Source: Phoronis australis (lineage: Eukaryota > Animalia > Phoronida). From it: a DNA stretch of 64,000 nt. A program made the position numbers and the translations under genes. Location of the stretch: contig NMRA01000305.1 in NCBI GenBank assembly GCA_002633005.1, positions 1 through 64,000 of the forward strand. The letters are read 5' to 3'. Numbering within the stretch: position 1 is the stretch's first letter; each line of letters opens with the position of its first letter. The notes under the pieces are model-generated. The model saw only the letters and a list, made by a program, of their open reading frames with translations. It searched no databases and had not been told where the DNA came from. This document shows positions 36,814 through 61,500 of this stretch, one piece after another.

Positions 36814-38693
36814 ACCCTTGTCTCAATCAACAGCAAACAGTTTGTCCATTCAGTGCAAGCCCAGGAACCACGCCTACGAACAAATTAAGACCCACTTCAC
36901 AACTGCAATTGATCGAACTCACAGTTTTGAGCGCCCACCTGATTTGCGATAGACGCAAATGTAACAACTCAACAAAGAGTAGTGGGCTCATCAACCGAAA
37001 GTGTTCGTGTTCTCTGCATATGGAATTCGCTAACTGTATTCGAATACTTAATTGCAACGGGGGTTTTTGAAAGTGTGTGCGATGCTGAAGAAATTCTTTT
37101 TCCAAGTTTTATTTCGAGAGGAATCTTGTGTCCGTGCGATTTGATGCGAACTTGGATAAACGAGATGCATTTCTAATTGATTAAAACTGAATTTTTAAAA
37201 AATGCAAATCAAAATGTTCTCAATATCGAGCTTATCAATGACTGGATGTTTTACGCAAACGCAGTAAGGCCACGCCTACCTTACGCAGTAAGGCCACGCC
37301 TACCCTACTCCTTAGTTACGGCCGTTGCGAAAAGAATCCTACGCCGAGACCCTCGCCGGTCGAGTTTGAGCAACTCCACCCATCTCCCTTGCAAGAAACC
37401 ACCCAGCTTCAGCTGGGGTCATTGTTCTCTGCATGGAGGTTAGCTTGGGTACAAAATTGCCCTGTCAAAATGGTTGTAAACACTGGGATACATTCTCATT
37501 TTGAAAGTTTTTATGTAGCATACTTTAATAGTTCCCGAGCAGTACAAGGGTTTTTCGAAACGAGAGATGAGGCTTTTATGGCCTAAAACTAGGCATGTGC
37601 TAAAACTGGAAAGTAGTCCAAACAAAGCACGTTCCGAGGAAACTGACTTAGCTGAGACAAATATTAAATTTAAGCTAAAGTTAAGATAAAACTTCAATTT
37701 GCCTGAAGTCTGTTCCAAGAAAGTGATGTTAAGTTTGACTTAGGTTTTGTCTTAACTTCGACTAACTTACGGGATGTGAAAGTTATTACTTTACAGTTAA
37801 TTCCAGAAGTTGTTGTTTATTACGTAGTTACTCACATGGGTGAATTATAATGTCCATCATCTAAGCATGTGCATTGTTTACGAACAAATCAATCAACAAC
37901 TGATAAGATATCAACAAATAATAGATTTAAATAAATTTTAGACCATAACATCAACATTGGTGAATACAGCCAGTATCAAAGAGAAAGTTCTGGCAAAGGA
38001 ATTACAATTTGGAGAAGTCAATTTGTCAACATAATTATGAAACCACACTGCAATTAACGTGGCAGGTAATTATCAGGTCACCATTATTCAACATATTTCT
38101 AAATAATTGATGCATCGATAAAAATATAAAACAAGAGCATAATTGCTATAACAGGTAAGAAAAAGCCAACATTTTGCGAGGTTTTGTAACAGATGAGCAG
38201 TAAACTACAAACGAAGCCATATATATATATTCAGTGGACTATCCCTGATCCAAATCTGTTTGACCACCAGCTAACAGCTTGGATACAAGGTCTTTATAAC
38301 ACCTTGCAGCAACTGACCCATCGCAAGCTACGCCTATTGCGCAATGTCGACAAACAAACAATAAGTTTGTCCTGCAACGCGTTGTTTGTCGGTAAAATGG
38401 CGGCTTGGAAACAAAGGAGTGTCAAGAATGCTGCGTTCTGATTGGTCAGTCAACGCGTCACTCAAAATCCTGGTTAAAATATTAAAGGGACATTATCGGT
38501 TTTACGACCAAAAAACGCATTTTTGGGGATTATTGTTGAAAAGAACAAAATTCTTGAAAAATTCAGCTTTGACCACAGCTACAAAGAACAAAATCTATTG
38601 GCTGTTTGTGATTTTAATTATACAAATCGCCAATTTTCACATTCGTCTGCCAGTCATTGGCTGAACCCAAGACTGGGAGTCTTTATTATTTAA

Positions 38694-38965
38694 AAGGATA
38701 CCAAACCCAGTTTTGATGATTTCAAAAAATCTTCATTCTGCCACCTACCTGCTAATACATCATTAGTGTCTAGTCGGACCTTCCAAGTTAAAGGCAGGAG
38801 TCAACTAAAAACTCATGCTACCTATGTCACAGATGTGACATCATGGTCCTTGGTGGGTGGTCTTTTTCCACCGTTGCCATGTAATTCCTGAAGGCGTAGG
38901 TCACGCTTGCCAGGGAAGTTGTTTTTAGTATCCGTTAATAGGCAAAAACCTGGTTAGGTATCCTT
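38694..38965. mobile_element. Kolobok-like MITE flanked by TTAA (in the probable PI3K 3' UTR)
   Basis: TTAA|AAGGATACCAAACCCAGTTTT ... AAAAACCTGGTTAGGTATCCTT|TTAA. Confidence 0.7.
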
Positions 38966-40472
38966 TTAAATAGGCTTGAAACACTCTGCCAATTAATCCA
39001 TGGATTTGCCTCAATAGCAGAGCATTCAGCAGCTACTGCTGAGATTTGATTGGGCACTACTACCAATTTTTTGTAAAATTCCTTTTCTGATGGAGAATGT
39101 CCCTTTAATATATTTGAATAACATTGCATACATGCCAAATCCCTATTCAGAAGTATTGCTTGTACCATACAACCTGGTTTCCCCAATATAAAAAATTACA
39201 TTTTTACCTGCACATGATGCAAACAAATCAAAGTGATAAATACCACGTAATGACACCTGCCTATATTCCATCACTTCCACTCAAAGACCTCACTTGCCAA
39301 TAACATGACAAGATATTTTCTAAACGGATAAGAAACGTCACTAGAAACAAAACATTTCTAATAAATGACACAAGCGTTTACCACATTGGCAAATAGTCCC
39401 ATATAGGTTGCCCACATTTTGAGAGAACCAGTTTTCTCCACTGAATAACGGGCATTAAACTGGTTCTCAAAATGCGGGCACATTATAACCGACTATTGTC
39501 ACACATTGCACATCAAACATGAATATAAGTCAGTTTTGACCAAAAAAGCTTATTAGCAATATATCTCTTAAGCTGGTTAATTGCTGGAAAACTGTTGCAG
39601 CAGTATGACTTTAAAATTCAAAACAGTGCCGAAAATTCAGCAGACAGGCCATGAGGGGCTCGAATTTTTGAGAATGCGTACTATTCACTAAGATTCATGG
39701 GTACCTTCAGAGCCTTTTTAGTGGACTGTCTTGTTTTCTACTTTTTCAGTTTTTGTTTCTCTGAGGCACACCTTTTTGCCCACTTTGCCAAATTGGGGGG
39801 TTGAGCCTCCCGAGAACCCAGGTGGGTGCTAGCAGGTGTGCATTCCGTAACACGAGAACATTACAAAAAACCAAGATCACACAGAACTTCGTAAGAAATC
39901 GCCATATTTTACAAGTAAAGCACTCAAGCTTTCTTTATGGTATACTTGCAAGAAAACCTTGAGTGAAGAAATGGTTGTGACTTCAATCGATATTCAGCTT
40001 CTTAAAAGGAGGCAGGTTTCTAGCACCTTTAAAATGATTCAGTGATGTAGTCTTGTCATACATTTTTTCAAAACACTTCAATGTAAATTACAAGATTGAC
40101 AAACATGAGGAAGCAATCCTCGTAAGTGGTATTGCAGGGGTGCAACAGACACAGCAAAGACACAATCAGCACCGATTTTGCAATCTACCTATCGGATTCA
40201 CTTTGAAAACTGTCGTTGGCCATCCTAATGGCAGAGATTTAATGAAAACTCAAAGGCTTTATAGGCTGTTGAGCGCATTGAAAAGCCAGAACTACATGTC
40301 CTGCAGAGACGAGACAATGTGAGGACTCTGGTCATTTCTTAAAAATGGATCTGCCTTTGCTGTAATAGGACTGGATCTTTGCACTACATAGAGTCCCACG
40401 TCTTAAAGTGTCCTCAGAGCGAGAACCAAACAACATGAAAGCAAGGACAACGTCTGGTCCCAGTTCGTCTGT

Positions 40473-51932
<11,460 letters not shown>

Positions 51933-52424
51933 CTACATGACAACAAAACAGAGAACAAGATACAACATGGTAGGATAAGACACTTAATTCATCAAGTTTT
52001 AAATCTTCACTGGCAACGTTAATGAAGCTGCAAAAGAATATCATGATTCAACCTAAATACAAGCTGGTCAGTATTATTCTAACTTTTGGGCCCACCTTAG
52101 TCAAGGTTCCAAACTGAGCTCAAATAACTGTGCTACTACCATGGCACACGTCTTTATTTAAATAATGCATTTGCCTGTACTGCACAAGCTATGTTGTCAC
52201 GTGCAAACCAATCATAGTATGCTGGAATGATGTTACTGACCGGCAATCTCATTCAAGCTCGCTCAGCAGCAGTTACCAAGAGGCAAGATGGCCAATTTCG
52301 GAATTCATTGTAATGAAATCGTGACTGGCCCAATGAGCTTATTCTAGACATTATGACCAGCCTGATCAGTAGTCTTTTAGCTAATTAAGCAATGGTTAGT
52401 ACCGGAACGAGTGAATTCAAATAA

Positions 52425-52994
52425 GGGCTGTTCCAGTAAAATCTGTATGGGAGGGGGGGAAGGCACCTTTTTTCGCACCCACCACCCATATTTTTTATTT
52501 ATTTCTTCAGCCTACCACCCGTAATTTTTTATAAGTTTGAAATGCAACCACCCGTATTTTTTTTGTTCTTGTGGTTGACTGCACAGGCGCTTGAGTTTAT
52601 CTGTTCCTCCATCATCACTAACGTCATTCATTACTAAGAAAACATGTTTCTTATATATGGTTATTAGCCATAGAGAAATTCGAGCACCTGTGGTTAAATG
52701 GTGTTATTTGCATGCTGATGAGGAGATGGAGGGAGTGAAAAAGTCGGAGCTTTTTGCAAGTTGCATTAATTTTTTTGTTTCAGTTTTTGATTCTGTGCAG
52801 ATTGTTTATAAAATTTACTAAAAATACCCACCATCAAACATTTATGGCCCAATGAAACAATAACGACCTGTAAATTTTTATTTTTTTGAAGTACGACCAC
52901 CAGCCATTTTGAATTTAAATCAAACGCAACCACCCATAAATTTTTATTTCAGTTGCCTTCCCCCCCTCCCACACAGATTTTGCTGGAACAGCCC
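52425..52994. mobile_element. PIF/Harbinger (Tourist-like) MITE, 570 bp
   Basis: ~40-bp TIRs GGGCTGTTCCAG(T/C)AAAATCTGT(A/G)TGGGAGGGGGGGAAGGCA, flanked by TAA on both sides (52422-52424, 52995-52997). Confidence 0.85.
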
Positions 52995-53704
52995 TAATCT
53001 ATTTGCAGTGTGTGAGTTGTATCTTTTGCAGGATATCCCTGAAACAAAACCTTTCTCTTTCCGAAATCGATGGGCTGCTGCNATAGTTATGATTTTGATA
53101 TTAATGTGCACACTATTCATTAAACCAGCTGATGGAAGGTGATTAATATGGTAAAAATTCTCCAATTTAAGTGAGTGAAAAATTGATTGACCTTGCTCAA
53201 GGTTGGAGTTTGTTCAAAATTCTAGAAGTAGACAGTATTGTACATCCCAAATTAAAAAATGACAAGAAAGAAGGCAAAATTACTCAATCTGCAGACTGAA
53301 AACATTTCCAAAATTTGAGAAATATGATAAACAACAAAATTACATACTTGTCCTAAATACCAGTCAAGAAAATTCATTTTGCAGGTGAATTCCATGTCCA
53401 AAATTCTAGAGACTGCCCCAAATTAGAAAATTTTTACTGTAGTCCGAATACGGAAAATCATCAACTTAACGTCGACTTCAACGGTTTTGCTCCTCTACAA
53501 AAGCACAACATTGCCTTTGCACTAATATGCCTGCGATTGTCTAAATTATGACCGGAGTTACGACTAAAGAAAAGGGAACCAAGTTCTATTACTTCACTGA
53601 CATATCTCCTTAGTAACAACTGCCGGTACATATCGCCTTAGTAACAACTGCTGGTACCAGCCAAGTTCAGAAATCACTTTTTGTCTGGGTAAAACTACAA
53701 TATT

Positions 53705-53911
53705 TGTACCAGACGTGAAAAGGCTGCTCGCATGGGCCCATTGCACTGATCACCTGGAACCATTTTCATATTTTATTAACATATGGACACAACCCGAATT
53801 GAAGAGATAGAGACCTGACTCAAGGGCCTAGTAGTGTGCCCCCATGGGACTTGAACCCATGACCCTGAATAAAACAATCAGGCACTTATCCCACTAGGCC
53901 GCATTGCCACT
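53705..53911 (-). mobile_element. tRNA-derived SINE (tRNA-like head ~53836-53908)
   Basis: Minus strand reads ggcaatgcggcctagtgggataag...tcatgggttcaagtcccatgggggca: A-box-like and B-box (GGTTCAAGTCC) motifs with a degenerate anticodon arm. The 3' limit is approximate. Confidence 0.6.
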
Positions 53912-54049
53912 GGGTAACAAACAGAATGGGACCAGTTATATACTGTAAGATGTCAGAGGTCTAAATCGAAACCTCTTTATTTGACAGAATGTTCATAGCA
54001 TATATTTAAATAACAAGTCGAGATCGCAACAATAAATTTTCTTCGAAAT

Positions 54050-54340
54050 GGCGAGTTAAAGGACGAAAATAAAATGCTGTACTTCACATTACGACATTTC
54101 AGTATTCCTCAATATCTTCATCAGTACATTATACACTAAACACACAGATGCAACAACACATGTACAAAGGCTGGACAAATCCATATAATCCATTACTTCA
54201 CATTGTAGTGTTTAATATATCACAGTACTGAACATCCCACCTCTACCATAACAATAGACATTGAGGAATATCAGAACGACATAATATGAGGCACAGAGTT
54301 TTGTTTTTGTTATTTAATTTCCTATTGAATATCTCGCCAA
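54050..54340. repeat. Diverged inverted-repeat element (MITE-like)
   Basis: gtacttcacattacgacatttcagtattcctcaat is mirrored by attgaggaatatcagaacgacataatatgaggcac. Confidence 0.5.
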
Positions 54341-57269
54341 GAACGACGGGCTTTAAAATGGCAAGCTCGGTAATCACACCTAGTTTATTGTTGAAAGTCT
54401 TGATCAGCAACCGTTCAATAGATCACACTGTCCACTAAATACGCAGAACTTTAATTTACGACAGAGTTAGTATTTTACATAGACCAAGACTCTAGATGTC
54501 TTGGCCTCTTTTTGGATTGGTTACCAGGCCTGGGTTAGGTTGAATACTTCATGGTTGCAACACACACTTGTAAAATGAAATTCTAATTGATTCAATCGAT
54601 ATATCGATAGGTGGAGCACTCGGGCTAAACAGTACAGAGAGGCCAGTACTCAAACACTGAGAGCACTCGTAATAACGCTGAAGTTCCATTCCATACTCCT
54701 GGTAAATAATTCCCCCAAACTGGAGAGCTTTTCAACAGTACACTCTACATTGAAATACCTTAATACAAATGTCTATTCCTGGTCCTGTGTACACAGACTG
54801 CCCAGTTTGGTCAATATTTGCTTTCTTCGACTCATAAAAAGTCCAGAAGAAAACCCTTGTTTGCTAAAGTACATGGTCATTCTAAAAGTGACGCATGCTT
54901 GACTCCCCAGGGGTTAAAAGCGTGTATTAAATATTTTCACCACTTTTAAACCCAGCTCACTGATGTTGTGAAATAGCCAGGTAGATGTACAACAGATACA
55001 CTAAACGATTCTCAAGCATTGCAGGTGCTTCCCAAGATATTGGTTAGTTAGTTTCGTCGCCTTTTGGACGAAGTGCAAAATTACAAACGTCGAATGGCAC
55101 AGGAATACAGTGCATAAAATTATTTAAGTTTTCAGAAATAATCGTTGAAAATAATACTGAAGGTGGCAAAGGGGAAAGCTTATGTATTTGTCTTGGGATC
55201 TAAAACTAGATTATGTCCACACTAAAAGAACATGTTCACTTACACCACATTTTTCACAAACAATATTTTAATAACCGAGTGTCTACAATCCTTGGCATGC
55301 CGCGCTTTCTGATGCGTTTCAATTGGCTAGGAGATTAGTGTAAAGCGGTCTAGCCAATCAAAATCATCGAATTAGTAGCCACAAAACACTAAATCTCAGG
55401 AAAGATCAAAGATTCAAAGCCCAGGCAACACAGGATGAAATCAGGACGGGTGAAAACAGAAAACAATGGTCGCACAATGCTGTTCAATACCGGGCACAAG
55501 TCGTGGTCGTAGTCGATCAATGACACTGTTTATCTGTTACTCTAGACAGTAGGCTTGGTTAAATATGAAGAATTGGGAAATCAATATCCACAATACTAAA
55601 TGAGTTTATAGACAAACAAATCATTTACTCTTGTGTAGGCTAATTACTGTAATAAATTTGTTGAGAAGCTCTTGACAATAAAATTTTTATTTGGAACTTG
55701 AAGCGGGAGAAATTCAACCTGGAATATGAGTAGAAGTTATGCTCTTGGAGGCCTTCGTTTGTTTAGAAAGAAAAGTTGTGTATAAATAATCACGGTGTTA
55801 ATTAAAGCGTTAGAAACCCTAATTATCTATAATCGATATCAAAAGACCCGGGTATACATGAAAGTGTCTTTAGGGATTGCTGAGTTGTGACTGGCACAGA
55901 CCTATTTGACTGTGTAAGAATGATGCACAACTACTGAGCCATGCTAATGACACACTGAAAAACACGGATCTTAAGATACTTCAAATTCAGAGGAAAAAAG
56001 CTGTTACAAAACTGCTTTGTATCTAAAAATAAGTAAAATCTGAATGAAAAATTTGATATTTTTGGCAGAAGGCACATACATCTGTAAAGAAAACTCAAGA
56101 TACCAACAATAAAAAGACAATTGAATTTGAGAATAACCAATTTAAAAGTACCGGTACAACCCAAAACTATTCAGACAAGATGACCCGGACTTCCCCATCA
56201 TGGCGGCTGGGCAGAAGCTCAATTCAACTTCAGAATTAGTCTTTTCTCAAGAATGAAGAGGAACTAATGTGAAACTTAGTAATGTGGATAAGCTATTTTG
56301 TGATTAAAATTTTGCCACCTTGTCATTTCTGCTGTTACCACGGTAACAGAATTAGTCGTCATAACAGGAAAACAATATTTTGTCTGATTACCTTTGTCTT
56401 GTGCTGTACTTTCACATTTTTCTTCACCAATAGTTTAAACCAAGTTCAACGCATCGATTAGAGAATTTAGCATTGAATCAATTATATCTTATAGAATATT
56501 GAGAAGTGAGAGTTTTAAAAAAATTTCTGTACCAGAAAAAACCTGAAAAGGCACTAAAAAACTAACATCCTGTTCTAAGAGTGATATAATACCTGAAGAA
56601 CTGGCCAGAAAAAAGACCAACCAGCACGTCGTTCCAACACCAATAGGTTAGAGACTGATGTAACTAGATCGAAGGCTTTTGAAATTTTGATGTCTGCACT
56701 GTTTCATGAAGGGAACTGGGCATTTGGATAATCATTACAAAGTCTGCAAAAACACTTGACCTCAAAGATTTATATAAAGCCGACATCGATTGGATTGTAG
56801 ATTTTTCTCATTAAGGCAGATCAGGTAGAGTGTAAAAATCAAATAAAAATAAATTTCAGGTGTATCCGTGAAAAATTAATTACTTTGCTCAAGGTCAGAG
56901 CTTGTCCCAAATTCATAGACAACATTAGCCATCCCGAAATCAAGAATCACCAGAAAGACGGCAAAATCACTCTCTGTATCGTCTGAAATTTGACAAATAT
57001 GGTGAACACAAATATCGCCCTTGTCCCAAATTCCAGAATCAAGAAAATTCAATTTCCCAGGAGTTTCCATGTCCCAAATTGGACAGTTTTACTGTAATCT
57101 ATGGTGCAGAAAGGTGAGACACTTAGGTCAGGGACTCCATATTCAGCTGAGATCTCTAAAGGTATTGGAAATTGATACAGAAAAATCACAATTTTTACTG
57201 GGTTGACAGAAAATGAATGAACATTTCAAGCAACGTTACCCCAACCACTTTTTCAAGCTTCTACAACAC

Positions 57270-57640
57270 TCGGTCTCTAATTTTTTTACTCGAACTTAAG
57301 TTTGGTATTTTCTACTTTACTTTTGTGCGAACTCAAGATAAGTGTCTATTATTCTATGCTCGAGTTCATAATGACTTACAATACGTGGATAATTTATTAG
57401 TCCTTGTTTGCAGCTGATAAACACAACATTAAGACTAAAGTTCGAGTCTGAACACGAAATTTCGAGTTTTTACTCCAGTTTGTAGCACGAATATAAGGTT
57501 CTTCATGTGCAAACGTGGACTATAAACTATGAAATATAACATATCCGAGCACAATCTGATAACCATTTGTCTTGAGTTCACACAAAAGGTTCAGAGAAAT
57601 TGCCAGTTTGTTTCGAGTTCAAAGATCGAACCCAGCCGTT
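57270..57640. mobile_element. ~400-bp MITE, inverted copy of 28860-29265
   Basis: Reverse-complement similarity along the full length, plus internal long inverted arms. Confidence 0.7.
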
Positions 57641-57882
57641 CCTGTTGACGAGGTTCGATCACGAGAAACATGGTGAGAAACTGAACAATATTGGACTGGA
57701 AGTTCAAAGCCTTTTTAGAAAACCAGGGTCAGCAAAAATAAGAAAATGTAGAGAAATGAAGAAATTAGACAACCGCAGAAGTAGACTGCCAAGTGCCAAT
57801 CAAGAATATTAACACAGCCTAAGATATTTCTGGTTATCACGAAACAAATAAGATTATTAAATTGGCGGCAAAGCTCCAAAGC

Positions 57883-58398
57883 TGCTTTCCCGTTAGATGC
57901 GAAACTTCGCTTTTACCGAAATTTCGGTAAGTGGGAAAGGTTAACTCCGGTAGTTAATCAGCAATTACCAAGCGAAAATTCGCTAAAAATAGCAGGATTT
58001 AAAAGCGAAGCTTTGGTACACATCGAAACTTCGGTGTAGTGGGAACGATCACAGCGAAGCTTCGTCGAAGTTATTGGTAAAGATCGCAACAACGATATAC
58101 AATCATGTGAGACTCACAAAACGCGTAGCCGACTTTCTCTCAATAGACGCGGCACGTAAATAAACAAAAAAGCATATCTGATAAAGAATGACAATGATCA
58201 TTTTCCTAAACGCTCGTCAATGGCAAAACAATTTTCAGTTAGCCTCGAACCCACTACTCAGCAATCGTTTGAGAATACGAATGAACTGCGTCATCTGGTG
58301 TCTTAGCAATAACTTCAATATCGCTGTCTAGTCAGAAAGGTGAGCAAAGTTTCGGTGAAGCTTCGGTAAACCGAAGTTCCCCTAATGGGAAAACACCA
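57883..58398. mobile_element. MITE-like element with repeated CGAA(A/G)CTTCG motifs
   Basis: Ends gctttcccgttag..gcgaaacttcg / cgaagttcccctaatgggaaaacac. Several internal cgaaacttcg/cgaagcttcg and gtgggaa repeats. Confidence 0.55.
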
Positions 58399-58503
58399 CA
58401 AGCCACCCCAATAGTTCTCACACTGAACACATTTATGTCAACAGGACCTCTGGCTAAAAGACTTCATTGTATCTATTTAACATATACCCTTAGGATAGGC
58501 TAC

Positions 58504-61500
58504 CTCTTCTCCTTCAAGCTGTCTATAATTTCCAAGTCAATACTTGTTTTGTTTATCGGCACACTGAAGATGTATTCATTGTCAAAAGGGTGGACAAAAG
58601 AGAGGAAATATTGCCTCCAGGCATCTGAAAGCAGCCTCAAAACTACACTATTTCTGCCTCATTATATATTTCTTTTATCAATTGGGTATCAAATTATCAA
58701 TTTCCACGACAGCTGCACACGCTACTGTTCTCAATAACGCCAAAAAACAAACTCATAAATAATACATGATGCAAAAAAATGTCAAATTGATCTGACAATG
58801 AAATGTAAAAATTGTGAACGCGTCAAACGTTGATGGGGAGTCATTGCTAGTCGCCAAGCAGCGATGAAAACATGAACTTTGTTTGCGCCTCACCAAACTG
58901 GATTTTTATTGGTCTTTTGAAAATTTCCGGGTTTTTTAATTGTGTTTTCCTTGAGCTTTCCCCCTTGTTTTCTCAGTTCCCAAATTTATCATTAATTTTC
59001 CACATTTCTCACAAGTCAGTGTGAGGTATACACCATACGAAATCTATCTGCTGTATGACAATAACAGGTACCTTGCAGTGTCTGGTGGAGTCAACGCACA
59101 CGACATAGACCACGCACAGACACGGAACAGTACGTCTCAATAAATTTAAGGATATTTCCTTTTGGCGGTGGAATTTCGGAGTGACAATTTCCGGCTTATT
59201 TCACTGTTTGCCATTTGAGGAAGCCATCACAGCAAGATCCTTGGCTAAGTAAACTACCTTCAATTTACACAGTTGTGACTGACACTAAACACTAGAAAGA
59301 AGCCCAATATTTACTTTCTACTAGTTCATGTTACAATGGATTTGACACTCAGTATGTTGTCACCTTTTTGAGAGAGTGTCAGTGAACTTTTGAAGGGTTA
59401 TAATTGTATTTTGAGAATAACAATGACTACATACTGTAAGAAACTGCAAAAAGACCACTTGTCGCTATTAAAACTCAGTATTCTTCACCACAGCAATTCA
59501 CCAAGGAAAACATATATTTATCTCGTGACAATATGTTAGCAACAATTTGAGTTGTTTTGATGAAAAGAAACCATTTGATTTATTTACAAGCATAATTGGT
59601 ACAACGACAGCAAAACATTTTGAGAACCATTTTTTCTACTTAATAACAGGCATCAAATTTGGTTTTCAAAATCCGTGACCCTGATGGAGACTATTGCCCA
59701 AAAAAGAGTAAGACCGTTAAACTTAACTTCTCCAGTTCTCCCGTTTGAGACAAGGAAAAATAAACTATTTTGGTCGAGGTTACAGCTTGTACAAAATTTT
59801 AGAAACAGGCAATAGTGGTTGTACAAAATTCAAGAATTACCATTAATGACAACTGAGCACCAATCTCCATGTTACACACTATTAGGGTTTATGAAAGGTG
59901 AAGTCCATTTATGAACTCTGTCGGTACGAAACAGAGTTCAGAACTTTAGAAATCCGATGAACACCAAAATCAACCTAGTCCCAATCTATAGAACCAAGAA
60001 AAGTTAATTTCTTCTGACATTTCTGTGCCTCAAATTGTAGAGACTGGCCCACAATGGATAATTTTTACCGCACACTTTTCCCAATAGAATTTCTAGAGGT
60101 AGAAAAAAATCATTCAAAGCCATTCTTGTGCAACTCGCCGTGGTCTTGTAAAAAGTAAAAACATTATTTGTGACATTTGCAGCACAGTGTTTACGTGGCT
60201 TATCAATATTGAAAAGAAAGGATTACACAGAAAGCCCTTGTACCTTCAGAGAAATCAAACGGCCAACTCTTTAGATCTAAATCATGTCTGTCTGGTTTTA
60301 TATGACAAACAAGTCCATTGTGATAGTTTAATTGAAGCAAGAGCGACACAGATGTCATCAACATGCCCTAGACTGTGTACTGTAAACAGCAGACACAAAG
60401 TATAATCAGTTCTTAAAGCACTGCCACCAGAGGGAGCAATACGAGAAAGATGAGCAATTTGTTTGTAAACCTTCACCAACTTAGGACTCGGCATGGCAGA
60501 CAAGAGATTTTTTTTCTCATTTTTCATAACAGATAATTAGCAACAAATTCATACTTTACCATTTTCAAATTCGGTAAAAAGGGAAAAAAGAGGCAATTTT
60601 GACAATCATTTTTGTCCGAAATCTGTGTGCTTCTATCTTAAAGCTGCATGACACCCTGTTTAGTAAGCTAAAAACAAAAATCGCGTTAGAGCTTTTACGC
60701 TAATAAAATTGGTCTCACAATTTTCATTACTGAGGTAGGTTTCAATTCCCATTACCAAAAAGGGCATCAAAACCATTAGTGGCTCAACAAAATGAGTTTG
60801 CCCATTTTTAAAATTGCAAATTTGAAAATGGCGTCTGCGTGTATTGCCCGTGACTCGAGTTGGTAATGGAAGGAACCACGCAATGCTAATGAATATAATT
60901 ATAGAACTGATTTTATGAGAGTTAAAAGCCGAATTCGTTTTTAAACAACTAAATAAAGCAAAATGCAACTTTAACCAAGAAATGAATGAGGAACTCTCTG
61001 CTAATTCTTCGCAAAAATAATTGCCAACTTTTCAGAATATTTTAAAGAACCATTGGCCTGCATCTAACGATAAGAAACTTAATGAAGTGCTGTTCTACGA
61101 AAACCAAACTTGGATAATAAACTAAAATGTTCTTAAGGTAGAAATCTCACCAATTTCAAACAAATAGTTGCCAAAGTGGCATTTTTTTCATTTTTCAAAA
61201 GCTCATAACATTCAATGTTATGAGCTTTTGAAAAATGAAAAAAATGCCACTGGTGTTTAAACCCATAAATTTGCAAAATACTGTCCAGTGGTAGCAGAAT
61301 TTGATCATAAAAAGACATAATTAAAATTTGGTCCCACATATCTTTATCAAAAAAATGGGAAAATGAAATTTCACTAATCCGCCATTTTGCGTCCTAAACT
61401 GGCAAAATTTTACTGCAACAGAAAGTGAAAAAACTTTACCATTCTGAAGACTCCCATTGATGTTGTTGTTGTTTAGTTCTGGCGACTTGCTGATAGGGGG

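Noticed and set aside
37257-37310. 24-bp tandem duplication (also short duplications at ~25278 and ~53608)
   Set aside because: Ordinary slippage-type duplications in non-coding DNA.
53836-53908. Functional tRNA gene
   Set aside because: The anticodon and acceptor arms do not pair properly and no oligo-T terminator follows, so it is better explained as a SINE head.
56390-56440. Donor-like site as the missing PI3K upstream exon (LVKKNVKVQHKTK|gtaatc)
   Set aside because: There is an in-frame stop just upstream with no acceptor, and it lies in repeat-like sequence.
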